64,000 nucleotides of DNA. Source: an uncultured Bacteroidota bacterium. GTDB taxonomy: Bacteria > Bacteroidota > Bacteroidia > Chitinophagales > Saprospiraceae. The notes under the pieces are model-generated. The model was not told the DNA's origin. It saw only the letters and a program-made list of their open reading frames with translations, and did not search any database. The stretch lies in contig CALMBD010000011.1 in NCBI GenBank assembly GCA_937861115.1, positions 985 to 64,984 of the forward strand. The letters are read 5' to 3'. Positions 1 through 8,342 of this stretch are shown one piece after another (the first letter of the stretch is position 1; each line of letters opens with the position of its first letter). The position numbers and the translations under genes are program-made.

Positions 1-2089
1 AATTGTACCGTTCGTTAAAATGCTCGTGAATGGCCTTCATCTGGTAAGGCTCTTCAAACAGGGGCAGGGCGCCCTGGATAATGTCGCACTCTTCGGGCGA
101 GACCCACTGCCGGATATCGAGCATTTCGCCGCGTTCGTACATGGTGGCGAGGTGACTCACCACCGTAAGCGTACTCACCCCCCGCATTTCAGCGATCTCT
201 TCAACCAGGTGGCCTTTTTTATATAAATCCCACGTAACGAGCTGGGTACTGCCGGTTACCCTGGAGCCTTCGCCGGTTTTCTCAAGCACGAATTTGCGGA
301 TCGCTTCAATAAATGCGTCGCCGTAAAGTTGGAGTTTGCGCTCGCCGACACCGCTTACCTGAAGCATGTCGGCGTCGGTAAGCGGCCGTTTTTCGGCCAT
401 TTCAACGAGTGTGGCGTCGCTGAAAATCAGGTAGGGCGGCACGCCCTGCTGCTGGGCGACGGTACGGCGCAGCATTTGCAGGCGCTCGAACAGTTCCTCC
501 CGCATGACCTGCGTTTTCGATTTTTCCTGGGCGCGCGGCGTTCGTTCTTCCGGTTTGGCTTTGGGTTGCGGCAGAGCCAGGTTTACCTTTTTGCCCTCGT
601 ACAGTATCTTTTTGCCCTCTTCGGTCACTTTCAGCCGGCTGTGGTCGTCGTAGGCGATTTCAATCAGACCGGTATGCAGCATCTGGGAAATGAGAAACAG
701 CCAGTCTTCAAAGGTGTATTCCTTCCCTGCGCCGTATGTCTTGATCTGTTGGAAGTTGTTTTCAAAAATCTCCCGGCGCTGGCTGCCGCGCAGGATATCG
801 ATGAGCAGGTTCATGCCCACTTTTTCTTCCGTGCGTATGATCGCAGACAGGGCTTTCTGGACGGACACCGTGCCGTCGAACTGGCGCGGCGGGTTCTGGC
901 ACACATCGCAGTTGCCACAATTGTGGTCATAGTTTTCGCCGAAATAATTCAGTACCGTTTTGCGGCGGCAAACGGGCGCTTCGGCGTACTGGTACATGCG
1001 GTTGAGTTTGGCGATTTTGAGTTCTTTCTGCTCCGCACTCGCTTCACCCTGCTCAAACATCTCGCGATAGGAAGTCACGTCGGCGTAACTGAAAAACAGC
1101 ACCGCGTCGGCGGGCAGTCCGTCGCGGCCCGAGCGACCAATTTCCTGGTAATATCCTTCAAGGTTGCGCGGCAGGTTGTAGTGGATCACAAAGCGGACAT
1201 TGCTCTTGTCGATACCCATGCCGAAGGCAATGGTGGCGCAAATGATCGGGATACGATCGTTGATAAAGTCTTCCTGCACTTTGCTGCGCATGGCCGGAGG
1301 AACCTCGGCATGGTAATACGCCGCCCGGAACCCCTTGGCATTCAGTTTGTCTGTCAGGGTCTCGCAGCTTTTTCGGGAAAGGCAGTAGATGATTCCGGAT
1401 TGCCTGGAATGTTGTTTTAGAAAATCCACAATCTGCTCGAACCGGCGCTGCCCGGACCGCACATGAAGACTGATATTCGGCCGGTCGAAAGAGGCGATAA
1501 AAATGGCGGGATCGTCGAGCCCGAGCTGGGTTGCAATGTCTTTGCGTGTCAGTTTGTCGGCAGTAGCCGTAAGCGCGATCACCGGAATACCCGGGTATTG
1601 CTCCTTGAGGAATTTCAACTGGGTGTATTCCGGACGGAAATCATGCCCCCAGGCGGAAATACAATGCGCCTCGTCTATTGCAAAAAGACTGATGTTCAGG
1701 CGTTTGAGCAATGGTTGAAAACCCTGGGACACCAGTTTTTCCGGACTGACATACAGCAGTTTGACATAACCGGCCAGCAGGGCATTTTCCACGTTGCGGA
1801 TTTGCTCGCCGGTCAGGCTGCTGTTGATATATGCTGCATGGATGCCATTAGCGTTAAGCCCTTCCACCTGATCCTTCATGAGCGCGATGAGCGGGCTGAC
1901 AACTACTGCAACGCCATCCAGGGTGACCGCGGGTATCTGGAAGCAAATGCTTTTGCCGCCGCCGGTGGGCATGAGCACCAGTGCGTCGCGTTTGTCGTAC
2001 ACCGTCTGAATAATGTCCGACTGCAACGGGCGGAAAGATTCGTAGCCGAAATACTTTTTAAGGGCAGCCTGAGCGTGGGTAAGGTCCAT
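1..2089 (-). CDS. recQ: ATP-dependent DNA helicase RecQ. The N-terminus is inside the window and the C-terminal end runs off the left edge.
   Basis: This gene is absent from the ORF track because its stop lies outside the window. My reverse-strand translation from the ATG (complement of 2087-2089) reads MDLTHAQAALKKYFGYESFRPLQSDIIQTVYDKRDALVLMPTGGGKSICFQIPA...LFAIDEAHCISAWGHDFRPEY, showing Walker A and the DEAH box. It stays open down to nt 2 (...EEPYQMKAIHEHFNERYN). Plus-strand ORFs 329-1420 and 1463-2128 are its antisense shadows. Confidence 0.9.
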   Translation of the reverse strand, partial: MDLTHAQAALKKYFGYESFRPLQSDIIQTVYDKRDALVLMPTGGGKSICFQIPAVTLDGVAVVVSPLIALMKDQVEGLNANGIHAAYINSSLTGEQIRNVENALLAGYVKLLYVSPEKLVSQGFQPLLKRLNISLFAIDEAHCISAWGHDFRPEYTQLKFLKEQYPGIPVIALTATADKLTRKDIATQLGLDDPAIFIASFDRPNISLHVRSGQRRFEQIVDFLKQHSRQSGIIYCLSRKSCETLTDKLNAKGFRAAYYHAEVPPAMRSKVQEDFINDRIPIICATIAFGMGIDKSNVRFVIHYNLPRNLEGYYQEIGRSGRDGLPADAVLFFSYADVTSYREMFEQGEASAEQKELKIAKLNRMYQYAEAPVCRRKTVLNYFGENYDHNCGNCDVCQNPPRQFDGTVSVQKALSAIIRTEEKVGMNLLIDILRGSQRREIFENNFQQIKTYGAGKEYTFEDWLFLISQMLHTGLIEIAYDDHSRLKVTEEGKKILYEGKKVNLALPQPKAKPEERTPRAQEKSKTQVMREELFERLQMLRRTVAQQQGVPPYLIFSDATLVEMAEKRPLTDADMLQVSGVGERKLQLYGDAFIEAIRKFVLEKTGEGSRVTGSTQLVTWDLYKKGHLVEEIAEMRGVSTLTVVSHLATMYERGEMLDIRQWVSPEECDIIQGALPLFEEPYQMKAIHEHFNERYN

Positions 2090-2119
2090 AGCGGGAGGTT
2101 TGGAGGTAATAAATCCCGG

Positions 2120-2127
2120 CAAACTTA
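2120..2127 (-). promoter_or_regulatory. Candidate Bacteroidota -7 promoter box for recQ
   Basis: Plus-strand CAAACTTA equals TAAGTTTG on the minus strand, matching TAnnTTTG. It lies 31 nt upstream of the recQ ATG. Confidence 0.35.
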
Positions 2128-2179
2128 AAACAATTTGATTTTTTGACAAAATTTGTTTCTAATTTAAAACAAGCCGTTT

Positions 2180-2187
2180 TATATTTG
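2180..2187 (+). promoter_or_regulatory. Candidate Bacteroidota -7 promoter box for the 2266 gene
   Basis: TATATTTG matches TAnnTTTG. It lies 79 nt upstream of ATG 2266 in an AT-rich divergent intergenic region. Confidence 0.3.
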
Positions 2188-2265
2188 CCACACATAAACA
2201 CAGGTAAAACCACAAATGATTCATTTTCAGTCAATTTGACCCTTACGTTGAAAAACGCTTAAGTT

Positions 2266-2916
2266 ATGAAATGGAATTTTTTTAAAACAAACTGGTTTAC
2301 CATCACCCTGGTACTACTTCTTTTGGTTGCCATTGGCAGAAAAACCCTGCATTTCAACACCGGCGGATCCGCTTCCCCGGATAAAAAGGAAATTAACCCG
2401 GAGAAGTATACCTCGGCGGGTGGCAGCTCACTGATGGGCATCGTGCCGGAGTCGGCCGGCCACAAAGCCTTACCTACTATCAACAAGGCGGAGGCCATCA
2501 CCTTTGTACGCAGGTTCGAAAAAACAGCCATCAGCGAGCGCAAAAAATTCGGTGTACCCGCATCCGTACTGCTGGCCTGTGCCTACCTCAACAGCTATGC
2601 CGGTCAACGAGCGATACTGCCGGAGTCGAACAACTACTTTGCCCTGCCCTGCACCTCCGATTGGGAAGGCGAGACGGTTACTATCGAAGGTCGTTGTTAC
2701 CGCAAGTACGAAACGGCCTGGGCAAGTTTCCGCGATTTCAGTATCTACCTGACCAGCCGGGAATGGTTTGGAAGCGTGAAAAAGAGCGCCGGAAAGGACT
2801 GGCAGATCTGGGCGAAAGAACTGGCCGATCGCGATATTTCCGACATTCCGAATTTTGAAAAGGTCATGGAGCAGGTGATTCAGACTCATCGATTGTACGA
2901 TCTTGACGAACTTTAG
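2266..2916 (+). CDS. Membrane-anchored protein with a glucosaminidase (FlgJ/AcmA-type) domain
   Basis: The N-terminal TM helix is FTITLVLLLLVAI. The segment GVPASVLLACAYLNSYAG...NNYFALPC...RKYETAWASFRDFSIYL resembles the xPASxxLAQAxLESGWG...NNLFGIK...F..Y.s...S..D glucosaminidase-domain pattern. Confidence 0.6.
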   Translation: MKWNFFKTNWFTITLVLLLLVAIGRKTLHFNTGGSASPDKKEINPEKYTSAGGSSLMGIVPESAGHKALPTINKAEAITFVRRFEKTAISERKKFGVPASVLLACAYLNSYAGQRAILPESNNYFALPCTSDWEGETVTIEGRCYRKYETAWASFRDFSIYLTSREWFGSVKKSAGKDWQIWAKELADRDISDIPNFEKVMEQVIQTHRLYDLDEL

Positions 2917-2942
2917 ACAGGTATATTTACAGACTTCGGTCT

Positions 2943-2972
2943 GGCGGAAACCGTTTCCGCCGGGCCGTTTTT
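2943..2972 (+). terminator. Possible intrinsic terminator of the 2266-2916 gene
   Basis: The hairpin GGCGGAAAC-C-GTTTCCGCC (2943-2961) is followed, after GGGCCG, by TTTTT (2968-2972). Confidence 0.4.
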
Positions 2973-3036
2973 ATTTAATGGTTAGACAAATTTTGACATT
3001 CTGCATGGCATGATTGGTTCAACTTTTCGCGTTTTG

Positions 3037-3116
3037 GATTGTCCAAGGATATTCTGAACGCCGGCTGAAGCCGGCGGTACCGGTACCGCCGGCTTCAGCC
3101 GGCGTTAAGGACAATC
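3037..3116. repeat. Perfect 50-nt palindrome (3057-3106) with an outer 8-bp stem
   Basis: AACGCCGGCTGAAGCCGGCGGTACC|GGTACCGCCGGCTTCAGCCGGCGTT is its own reverse complement. GATTGTCC (3037-3044) pairs with GGACAATC (3109-3116). Confidence 0.9.
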
Positions 3117-3172
3117 AAACCCTAAAGCCGCCATTTCCAACTATCGATTTCACCAAAATCTTGTCATCCACT

Positions 3173-4048
3173 ATGAAATTCCGCCTGCTCTACCCCATCA
3201 TGCTCACCATTTTATGCGCTGTTGTCCTGCTGGGCAACAAAAACGGCCGGGCTTCCGAAGCCAAAGTAGGCAATACCGGTGCGCCCGGCGATGAGGCTCT
3301 TGCCAACGGTACGCCCCTCACCTGCATCAGTTGCCACACGGCCAGCCCGATTACCGCCAGTATGACGGTACAGATATTCGATGCAGACAGCAATATCGTT
3401 ACACAGTATATTCCGGGCGATGATTACATCGCGCGGGTAACCATTACAGCCGTCACGGGCAACCCGCTGGGATACGGCTTCCAGATGATTGCCTTACGCG
3501 ATGCCGATACTACCGACCTCGACGGGTTCTCAGATCCGGGCAATTTTATGGTCAACAATTACAAGATTGCCACCATACCTAACGGACGCACCTATGCGGA
3601 ACACGACAACGTGTCGAATTCCAATATTTTCAACGTCAAATGGAAAGCGCCGGTGGCCGGCACAGGCAATGTGACCTTTTATGCTGCCGGCAACGCCGTG
3701 AATAAAAATGGTCAGAACAACGGAGACGGCGCTTCTTTCACGACCTTGCAATTGACGGAATCAGTAGGCGCCGCTACCCAAAACCCGGATGCTGCGGGCA
3801 TTGGCCTGCAGGTTTGGCCAAATCCCGTTGCAACCGATGTACAGCTCCGTTTCCAATTAAATCAGGCCGGAAGGTATCAGTTTGCCGTCCGTGATCTGTC
3901 GGGGCGACTCGTTTATCAGGCAACAAAAGACTTGCCGGCCGGGGAAAACCAGGTTGCCATGCCGGCGAATTCCTGGCAGGCCGGAGTGTATTTCGGGAGT
4001 ATTTCAGGAGGAGGACTGCTGGCTGGTTTTAAAGTGGTAAAACTGTAA
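3173..4048 (+). CDS. Secreted reeler/DOMON-like protein with a CxxCH motif and a T9SS C-terminal sorting domain
   Basis: I trimmed the start from track ORF 3014 to ATG 3173, in front of the signal peptide MKFRLLYPIMLTILCAVVLLG. GNTGAPGDE...TCISCH carries CxxCH at nt 3323-3337. The NVKWKAPVAGTGNVTFYAAGNAVNKNG pattern is present. The C-terminus LQVWPNPVATDVQLRF...GVYFGSISGGG...KVVKL is a typical T9SS CTD. Confidence 0.6.
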   Translation: MKFRLLYPIMLTILCAVVLLGNKNGRASEAKVGNTGAPGDEALANGTPLTCISCHTASPITASMTVQIFDADSNIVTQYIPGDDYIARVTITAVTGNPLGYGFQMIALRDADTTDLDGFSDPGNFMVNNYKIATIPNGRTYAEHDNVSNSNIFNVKWKAPVAGTGNVTFYAAGNAVNKNGQNNGDGASFTTLQLTESVGAATQNPDAAGIGLQVWPNPVATDVQLRFQLNQAGRYQFAVRDLSGRLVYQATKDLPAGENQVAMPANSWQAGVYFGSISGGGLLAGFKVVKL

Positions 4049-4169
4049 TACCCCAAATCGAACAAATATTTCCATGCAGCCGGACCACAATAATGGTGCG
4101 GTATGAATGCAACGGACCCGTGTCGTTTTCGGCACGGGTCCGTATATTTGGGCATAAATACCTACTGCT

Positions 4170-5459
4170 ATGAACAAGATTACCATCCTTTTTTTGCTTG
4201 GCTTCGCATCGCTCTCCAATGGTTTGTCAGGGCAGACGACCGATCTGATCAGCACGGGAGCCGGCTATTCCAAATTTGCCTATTACAAACTCTCAGACGG
4301 CAGCAGCCAGCAAATTCCCAATGATGCCTGGGATATAGCCTTTTCCAATCTGGGCCCCCAATCGGCAGGCATTTTTATCAATGAGAGTACGACATCCTCT
4401 ATGGGCCAGACCGTTCCGGGCATGCAGGCCTACGATCCGTATATTTTTGATTTCGGCGAAACGATCAATCCCGCAGATATTTTTTCGGATTACCAACTGT
4501 TCAATCCCGAAGCCTCCTGGTCGGAAGGTGCTTTCAATACAACGGCTGATACGTCCAATTCGCTTGATCTTGGCTGGGGGACCTATGACGCCGTACAGGC
4601 CAAGGTATTGGGTTACAGGGTGTTTGTACTGAAATTGCGCGATGGTTCATACCGCAAGATCATGTTCGACGAATACGACGGGGCACAATTCAGTTTCCGC
4701 GTAGCCAACCTGGATGGAAGCAATATGACCAGCCATACCGTGAGCACGAACCCCGGTAACGGCAGCCCGCTGGTGTATTTTTCCCTGGGCGCGAATGGTG
4801 CAAACGTTACGACCGCTACCGGCTGGGACCTGGTATTCTGCCGCTATATCGCCATCTTGGATGCGGGGGGCAGCCCCGTGCCGTATGAAGTGACCGGTAT
4901 CCTGTCGGCCGATAGCGTGGCTGCGGCGCGAGCCACGAATGTTAATCCTGCGACGGTGGACTACACAGATTACCTGGATTCCTTCAGCACACGCCTCGAT
5001 GTGATCAACCACGACTGGAAATTCTTCAACCTGACTTCAGGCTGGTACGTGGTGAACGACCGGGCCTACTTTGTTAAAACGGCACAAAACGATCTCTATA
5101 AATTGGTTTTCACCTCATTTGGAGGGGCCACCAATGGCAATGCCACTGTCGCGCGCACTTATCTGGGCAACCTCAGCGCCACCGGCGATCTTCCCGATGG
5201 AATCAAGGCCGTGTTGGTATACCCCAATCCTGCGGCTGACCGCCTGTACCTTTCACTGGATGCCGATATTGCTGCCCCTGTTTCGCTGCGCCTGCTGAAC
5301 GAGACCGGGCAGATCGTCTGGCTGGGCAATGCCCGCACCCAATCCGGCTTGAATGTTCTGGAAATCGACAGGTTACCCGCACTTGCCACGGGCATGTATA
5401 CCCTTCATGTGCAATTGCCTGCGGGACAGTTTTCGCGCAGTATAGTCATTGGAGAATAG
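4170..5459 (+). CDS. HmuY-like secreted protein with a T9SS C-terminal sorting domain
   Basis: The signal peptide is MNKITILFLLGFASLSNGLSGQ. AYYKLSDGS...NDAWDIAF and GWDLVFCRY resemble the repeated WD(I/L)xF signature I associate with the HmuY family. The C-terminus VLVYPNPAADRLYLSL...GMYTLHVQL...IVIGE is a T9SS CTD. Confidence 0.55.
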   Translation: MNKITILFLLGFASLSNGLSGQTTDLISTGAGYSKFAYYKLSDGSSQQIPNDAWDIAFSNLGPQSAGIFINESTTSSMGQTVPGMQAYDPYIFDFGETINPADIFSDYQLFNPEASWSEGAFNTTADTSNSLDLGWGTYDAVQAKVLGYRVFVLKLRDGSYRKIMFDEYDGAQFSFRVANLDGSNMTSHTVSTNPGNGSPLVYFSLGANGANVTTATGWDLVFCRYIAILDAGGSPVPYEVTGILSADSVAAARATNVNPATVDYTDYLDSFSTRLDVINHDWKFFNLTSGWYVVNDRAYFVKTAQNDLYKLVFTSFGGATNGNATVARTYLGNLSATGDLPDGIKAVLVYPNPAADRLYLSLDADIAAPVSLRLLNETGQIVWLGNARTQSGLNVLEIDRLPALATGMYTLHVQLPAGQFSRSIVIGE

Positions 5460-5494
5460 AGTTGAAAAGGGGCTTTCAAATCGCCGGCCATTTA

Positions 5495-5612
5495 ATCCGG
5501 AATGGCATTCCGGGATTGCCATGCCATGTACCCCGGAATGGTATTTACAGTACCCCGGAATGGTATTCCGGGACGCAGAGTGACATTCCGGGACGCGGAA
5601 TACCATTCCGCG
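5495..5612. repeat. Cluster of GGAATGGYATTCC-type palindromic motifs
   Basis: The copies are CCGGAATGGCATTCCGG (5497-5513), CCCCGGAATGGTATT (5531-5545), CCCCGGAATGGTATTCCGGGACGC (5552-5575), ACATTCCGGGACGC (5583-5596) and GCGGAATACCATTCCGC (5596-5612, opposite orientation). Confidence 0.8.
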
Positions 5613-5835
5613 ATACATTTGCCCTTTTTAAGGGTGTTTAGAAGTCAATTATCCCTGAAATCCGGGTCAAATGTTAAAGTTTGAAAACTTTAACTTGCCA
5701 ACCCCGCGCTGCCACCTTAAAACAGGTTTAACTTTGGTTTAACACTAAAAGAACGCATTTGGCAGTTACATTGGGAACCGAACGCCGTATAAACTCCGGA
5801 ATCTGTTCCAAAACAAACAAATCCAAAACTGTTTA

Positions 5836-6228
5836 ATGATGAAAAACCTGTTTTTTCTTCTATTTTTTGCTCCTGTAGTAGCCTTTGCCAACCAGGGCAA
5901 TCCGACCCTTGAAGCCATTGCAAGCGCTCTGAATACAGGCGATGCCGACGCGCTGTCCAAATATTTCTCTGATAATGTGGAAATATCGATTCAGGACAAA
6001 GAGCAGGTGTACGCGAAAGCGAAAGCCCTCGATGTATTGCGCAATTTTTTCACTTCGAACAAACCCACCTCGTTTAGCCAGGTCCACAAAGGCACCAGCC
6101 GTGAAAACAGCGATCAGTATTGCATCGGCAATATGTCGGCCACCAACGGTAACTTCCGTGTGTACCTCTACCTGAAAGTCAATGGCGACAGCCTTTCCAT
6201 TCAGGAAATGCGCTTCGACAAAGAATAA
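5836..6228 (+). CDS. DUF4783-like small secreted protein
   Basis: It has a signal peptide (MMKNLFFLLFFAPVVAFA) and is 130 aa long. LSKYFSDNVEISI...ALDVLRNFF...SFSQVHKG...FRVYLYLK...IQEMRFD fits my recollection of the DUF4783 family. Confidence 0.6.
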   Translation: MMKNLFFLLFFAPVVAFANQGNPTLEAIASALNTGDADALSKYFSDNVEISIQDKEQVYAKAKALDVLRNFFTSNKPTSFSQVHKGTSRENSDQYCIGNMSATNGNFRVYLYLKVNGDSLSIQEMRFDKE

Positions 6229-6264
6229 ACGGCGAATTTTTTCGCCACAATGCCTACACATTAA

Positions 6265-6300
6265 GCGGCAGTTGGACCTCCAACTGTCGCTTTTCTATTT
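6265..6300 (+). terminator. Intrinsic terminator after the DUF4783 gene
   Basis: GCGGCAGTTGGA-CC-TCCAACTGTCGC forms a 12-bp stem with one G-U pair. It is followed by TTTTCTATTTT. Confidence 0.6.
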
Positions 6301-6364
6301 TATGTCCGGTAACGATCAACCATTCAGGTAACATATGTCACACAAACCCGGAGCGACCAGGGGT

Positions 6365-6372
6365 TATTTTTG
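6365..6372 (+). promoter_or_regulatory. Candidate -7 promoter box for the 6406 gene
   Basis: TATTTTTG matches TAnnTTTG and lies 34 nt upstream of ATG 6406. Confidence 0.35.
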
Positions 6373-6405
6373 CAGCATCAGACATATAAATTACCGGACT
6401 GAAAT

Positions 6406-8019
6406 ATGAAACCACTTTTTTTATCCCTGTTGTTTTGCGGGATTGGACTGCAATTAGCCGCTCAAAGTGCACCTTTTAATGTTTACCTCGAACCCATGTC
6501 AATTCCGGGTGTGGGCGGACTACAATCCTACGCATACGGCCAGCATGAAGGCAAGTGGCTGATCATCGGTGGCCGACTCGACGGGCTGCACCGCCGCCAG
6601 CCGTTTGCGGCATTTGATGAAGCCGGCAACAACAACCAGATCATTGTAGTAGACCCGGAGGCCCTGCAAAAGTGGTCGGCGCCGCTGAGTATGCTGCCGG
6701 TACCATTTCGCGAGCAACTGAGTTCGACAAATATGCAGTTTTACCAGGATGGCGATTATCTGTATATAACCGGGGGATACGGGTACAGCAATACTGCCGG
6801 CAAGCATGTTACATACGACCGACTGACCGCCGTGCATGTACCCGCTGTTATTGCTGCCGTAGTGGCAGGAACGGATATTTCAACGTATTTCCGACAACTG
6901 ACGGATGCCCAGTTTTCCGTGACCGGCGGGCATCTGGCTAAAATTTATGACACCTACTACCTGGCAGGCGGGCAAAAATTTGAAGGTTTGTACAACCCGA
7001 TGGGGCCCGATCACGGCCCCGGCTTTGTCCAGCAATATACGGATCAGGTTCGGCGGTTCCGGATCGACGACGACGGCATCACCCTGTCTGTAACCCATTT
7101 ACAGCCATTTTCCGATCCGGACCAGTTGCACCGGAGGGATTACAATGCCGTGGTCCAGATTATGCCCGATGGCCAGGAAGGTCTTACGGCGTTTTCGGGT
7201 GTTTTTCAAAAAACAGTCGACCTGCCCTACCTCAACTGCGTCAATATCGACAGCAGCGGCTACACCGTGAACAACGCTTTTTCACAATACTACAACCACT
7301 ACCATTGCGCCGTATTACCGCTTTACTCCGGTCAGGACAATGCGATGCACACCGTTTTCTTTGGCGGCATCGCGCAGTTTTACGACAGCCTCGGTGTGCT
7401 GGTACAAGACAACAATGTGCCCTTTGTGCGGACGATCGCCCGCGTAACCAGAAACGCTGACGGCGTGATGGCGGAATACAAATTGCCGGTGGAAATGCCT
7501 GCGCTTTTGGGCGCCGGTGCCGAGTTGATACCCGCAGACGGCCTGCCTGTGTATGCCAACGGTGTGGTCAAACTCGACGAACTTTCCGGGGATACGACGC
7601 ATGTGGGCTATATCTACGGCGGTATCGCCAGCAATGCACCCAATATTTTCTGGACCAATACGGGTGTGGAAAGCAGCGCCAACAGCCAGATTTTCAAGGT
7701 GTTTGTGGTGAAAAACACAGTTTTGGCCGCACATGAACTCAATGCCCAAAGTACGGGGACTTTACAAATGCGCATTTTTCCAAACCCGAACAACGGCGTT
7801 TTCGGTATCAAATTCAACTTGCCCAAAGCCACTCAGGTGCGGCTGACCATCTCGGATAATACCGGTAATATCATAGACCGGGAAGTGATGAAAAACGTGT
7901 CTGCCGGCGAACATATCATCACGCGGCAGTTGGGCAAGATCGCTGTAGGCGGCACCTATTTCGCGACACTGGAAACAGAAACGGAAAAGGCTACGGTAAA
8001 AACAGTCATTCAGGAGTAG
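6406..8019 (+). CDS. Secreted Kelch-like beta-propeller protein with a T9SS C-terminal sorting domain
   Basis: The signal peptide is MKPLFLSLLFCGIGLQLAAQ. GG-containing blade motifs recur (IIGGRLDG, ITGGYGYS, LAGGQKFEG, FFGGIAQFY, IYGGIASN). The C-terminus MRIFPNPNNGVFGIKFNL...GTYFATLETE...TVIQE is a T9SS CTD. Confidence 0.55.
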   Translation: MKPLFLSLLFCGIGLQLAAQSAPFNVYLEPMSIPGVGGLQSYAYGQHEGKWLIIGGRLDGLHRRQPFAAFDEAGNNNQIIVVDPEALQKWSAPLSMLPVPFREQLSSTNMQFYQDGDYLYITGGYGYSNTAGKHVTYDRLTAVHVPAVIAAVVAGTDISTYFRQLTDAQFSVTGGHLAKIYDTYYLAGGQKFEGLYNPMGPDHGPGFVQQYTDQVRRFRIDDDGITLSVTHLQPFSDPDQLHRRDYNAVVQIMPDGQEGLTAFSGVFQKTVDLPYLNCVNIDSSGYTVNNAFSQYYNHYHCAVLPLYSGQDNAMHTVFFGGIAQFYDSLGVLVQDNNVPFVRTIARVTRNADGVMAEYKLPVEMPALLGAGAELIPADGLPVYANGVVKLDELSGDTTHVGYIYGGIASNAPNIFWTNTGVESSANSQIFKVFVVKNTVLAAHELNAQSTGTLQMRIFPNPNNGVFGIKFNLPKATQVRLTISDNTGNIIDREVMKNVSAGEHIITRQLGKIAVGGTYFATLETETEKATVKTVIQE

Positions 8020-8129
8020 CCGTGTCCGGTTGCCGGGAAAATGTTTCTTGGGTATTATATCGAACGATGCATTACCTTTGCCGCCCGTTATTCATCATAA
8101 TTATTTACGCAAGCAAAAATTCGGTAATC

Positions 8130-8246
8130 ATGGGAAAAGGTGATCCAAGAAGCAAACGCGGCAAGATCCGCCGCGGTTCGCATGGCAAAAGCCGTCCGAA
8201 ACTGGAAAAACTGAAAACAGTATTGAAAAAACTGGCGGGCAAATAA
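8130..8246 (+). CDS. 30S ribosomal protein THX (bTHX)
   Basis: The 38-aa product MGKGDPRSKRGKIRRGSHGKSRPKLEKLKTVLKKLAGK starts with the MGKGD..(S/T)KRGK signature of Bacteroidota THX. I trimmed the start from track ORF 8022. Confidence 0.75.
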   Translation: MGKGDPRSKRGKIRRGSHGKSRPKLEKLKTVLKKLAGK

Positions 8247-8342
8247 TGCTGCCCGGTACAGCGCAATAGTCATAAGTCATCCCAGGTTTTTGGGGTGACT
8301 TATGCTTTCTTGTACCACAGTTCACCAAATCGTACAACTGAT

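Noticed and set aside
329-2128. Plus-strand ORFs 329-1420 (363 aa) and 1463-2128 (221 aa) from the track
   Set aside because: They lie antisense to an unmistakable RecQ reading frame (Walker A, DEAH). Their translations are low-complexity, rich in R/A/G/V/F, with no recognisable motif. They are GC-rich shadow ORFs.
3014-3172. N-terminal extension of the 3014-4048 ORF (non-ATG start)
   Set aside because: The extension would translate straight through the 50-nt perfect palindrome and precede an obvious signal peptide that starts at Met 3173. Similar trimming applies to the ORFs at 8022, 8295, 12370, 14119, 16744, 32131, 38833, 42438, 53414, 53426, 61130, 61918 and 62515.
5495-5612. Possibility that the clustered palindromic repeats are a CRISPR array
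   Set aside because: The repeat units are only 13-17 nt, are irregularly spaced and partly overlapping, and occur in both orientations. There are no uniform 25-40 nt spacers and no cas genes in the window.
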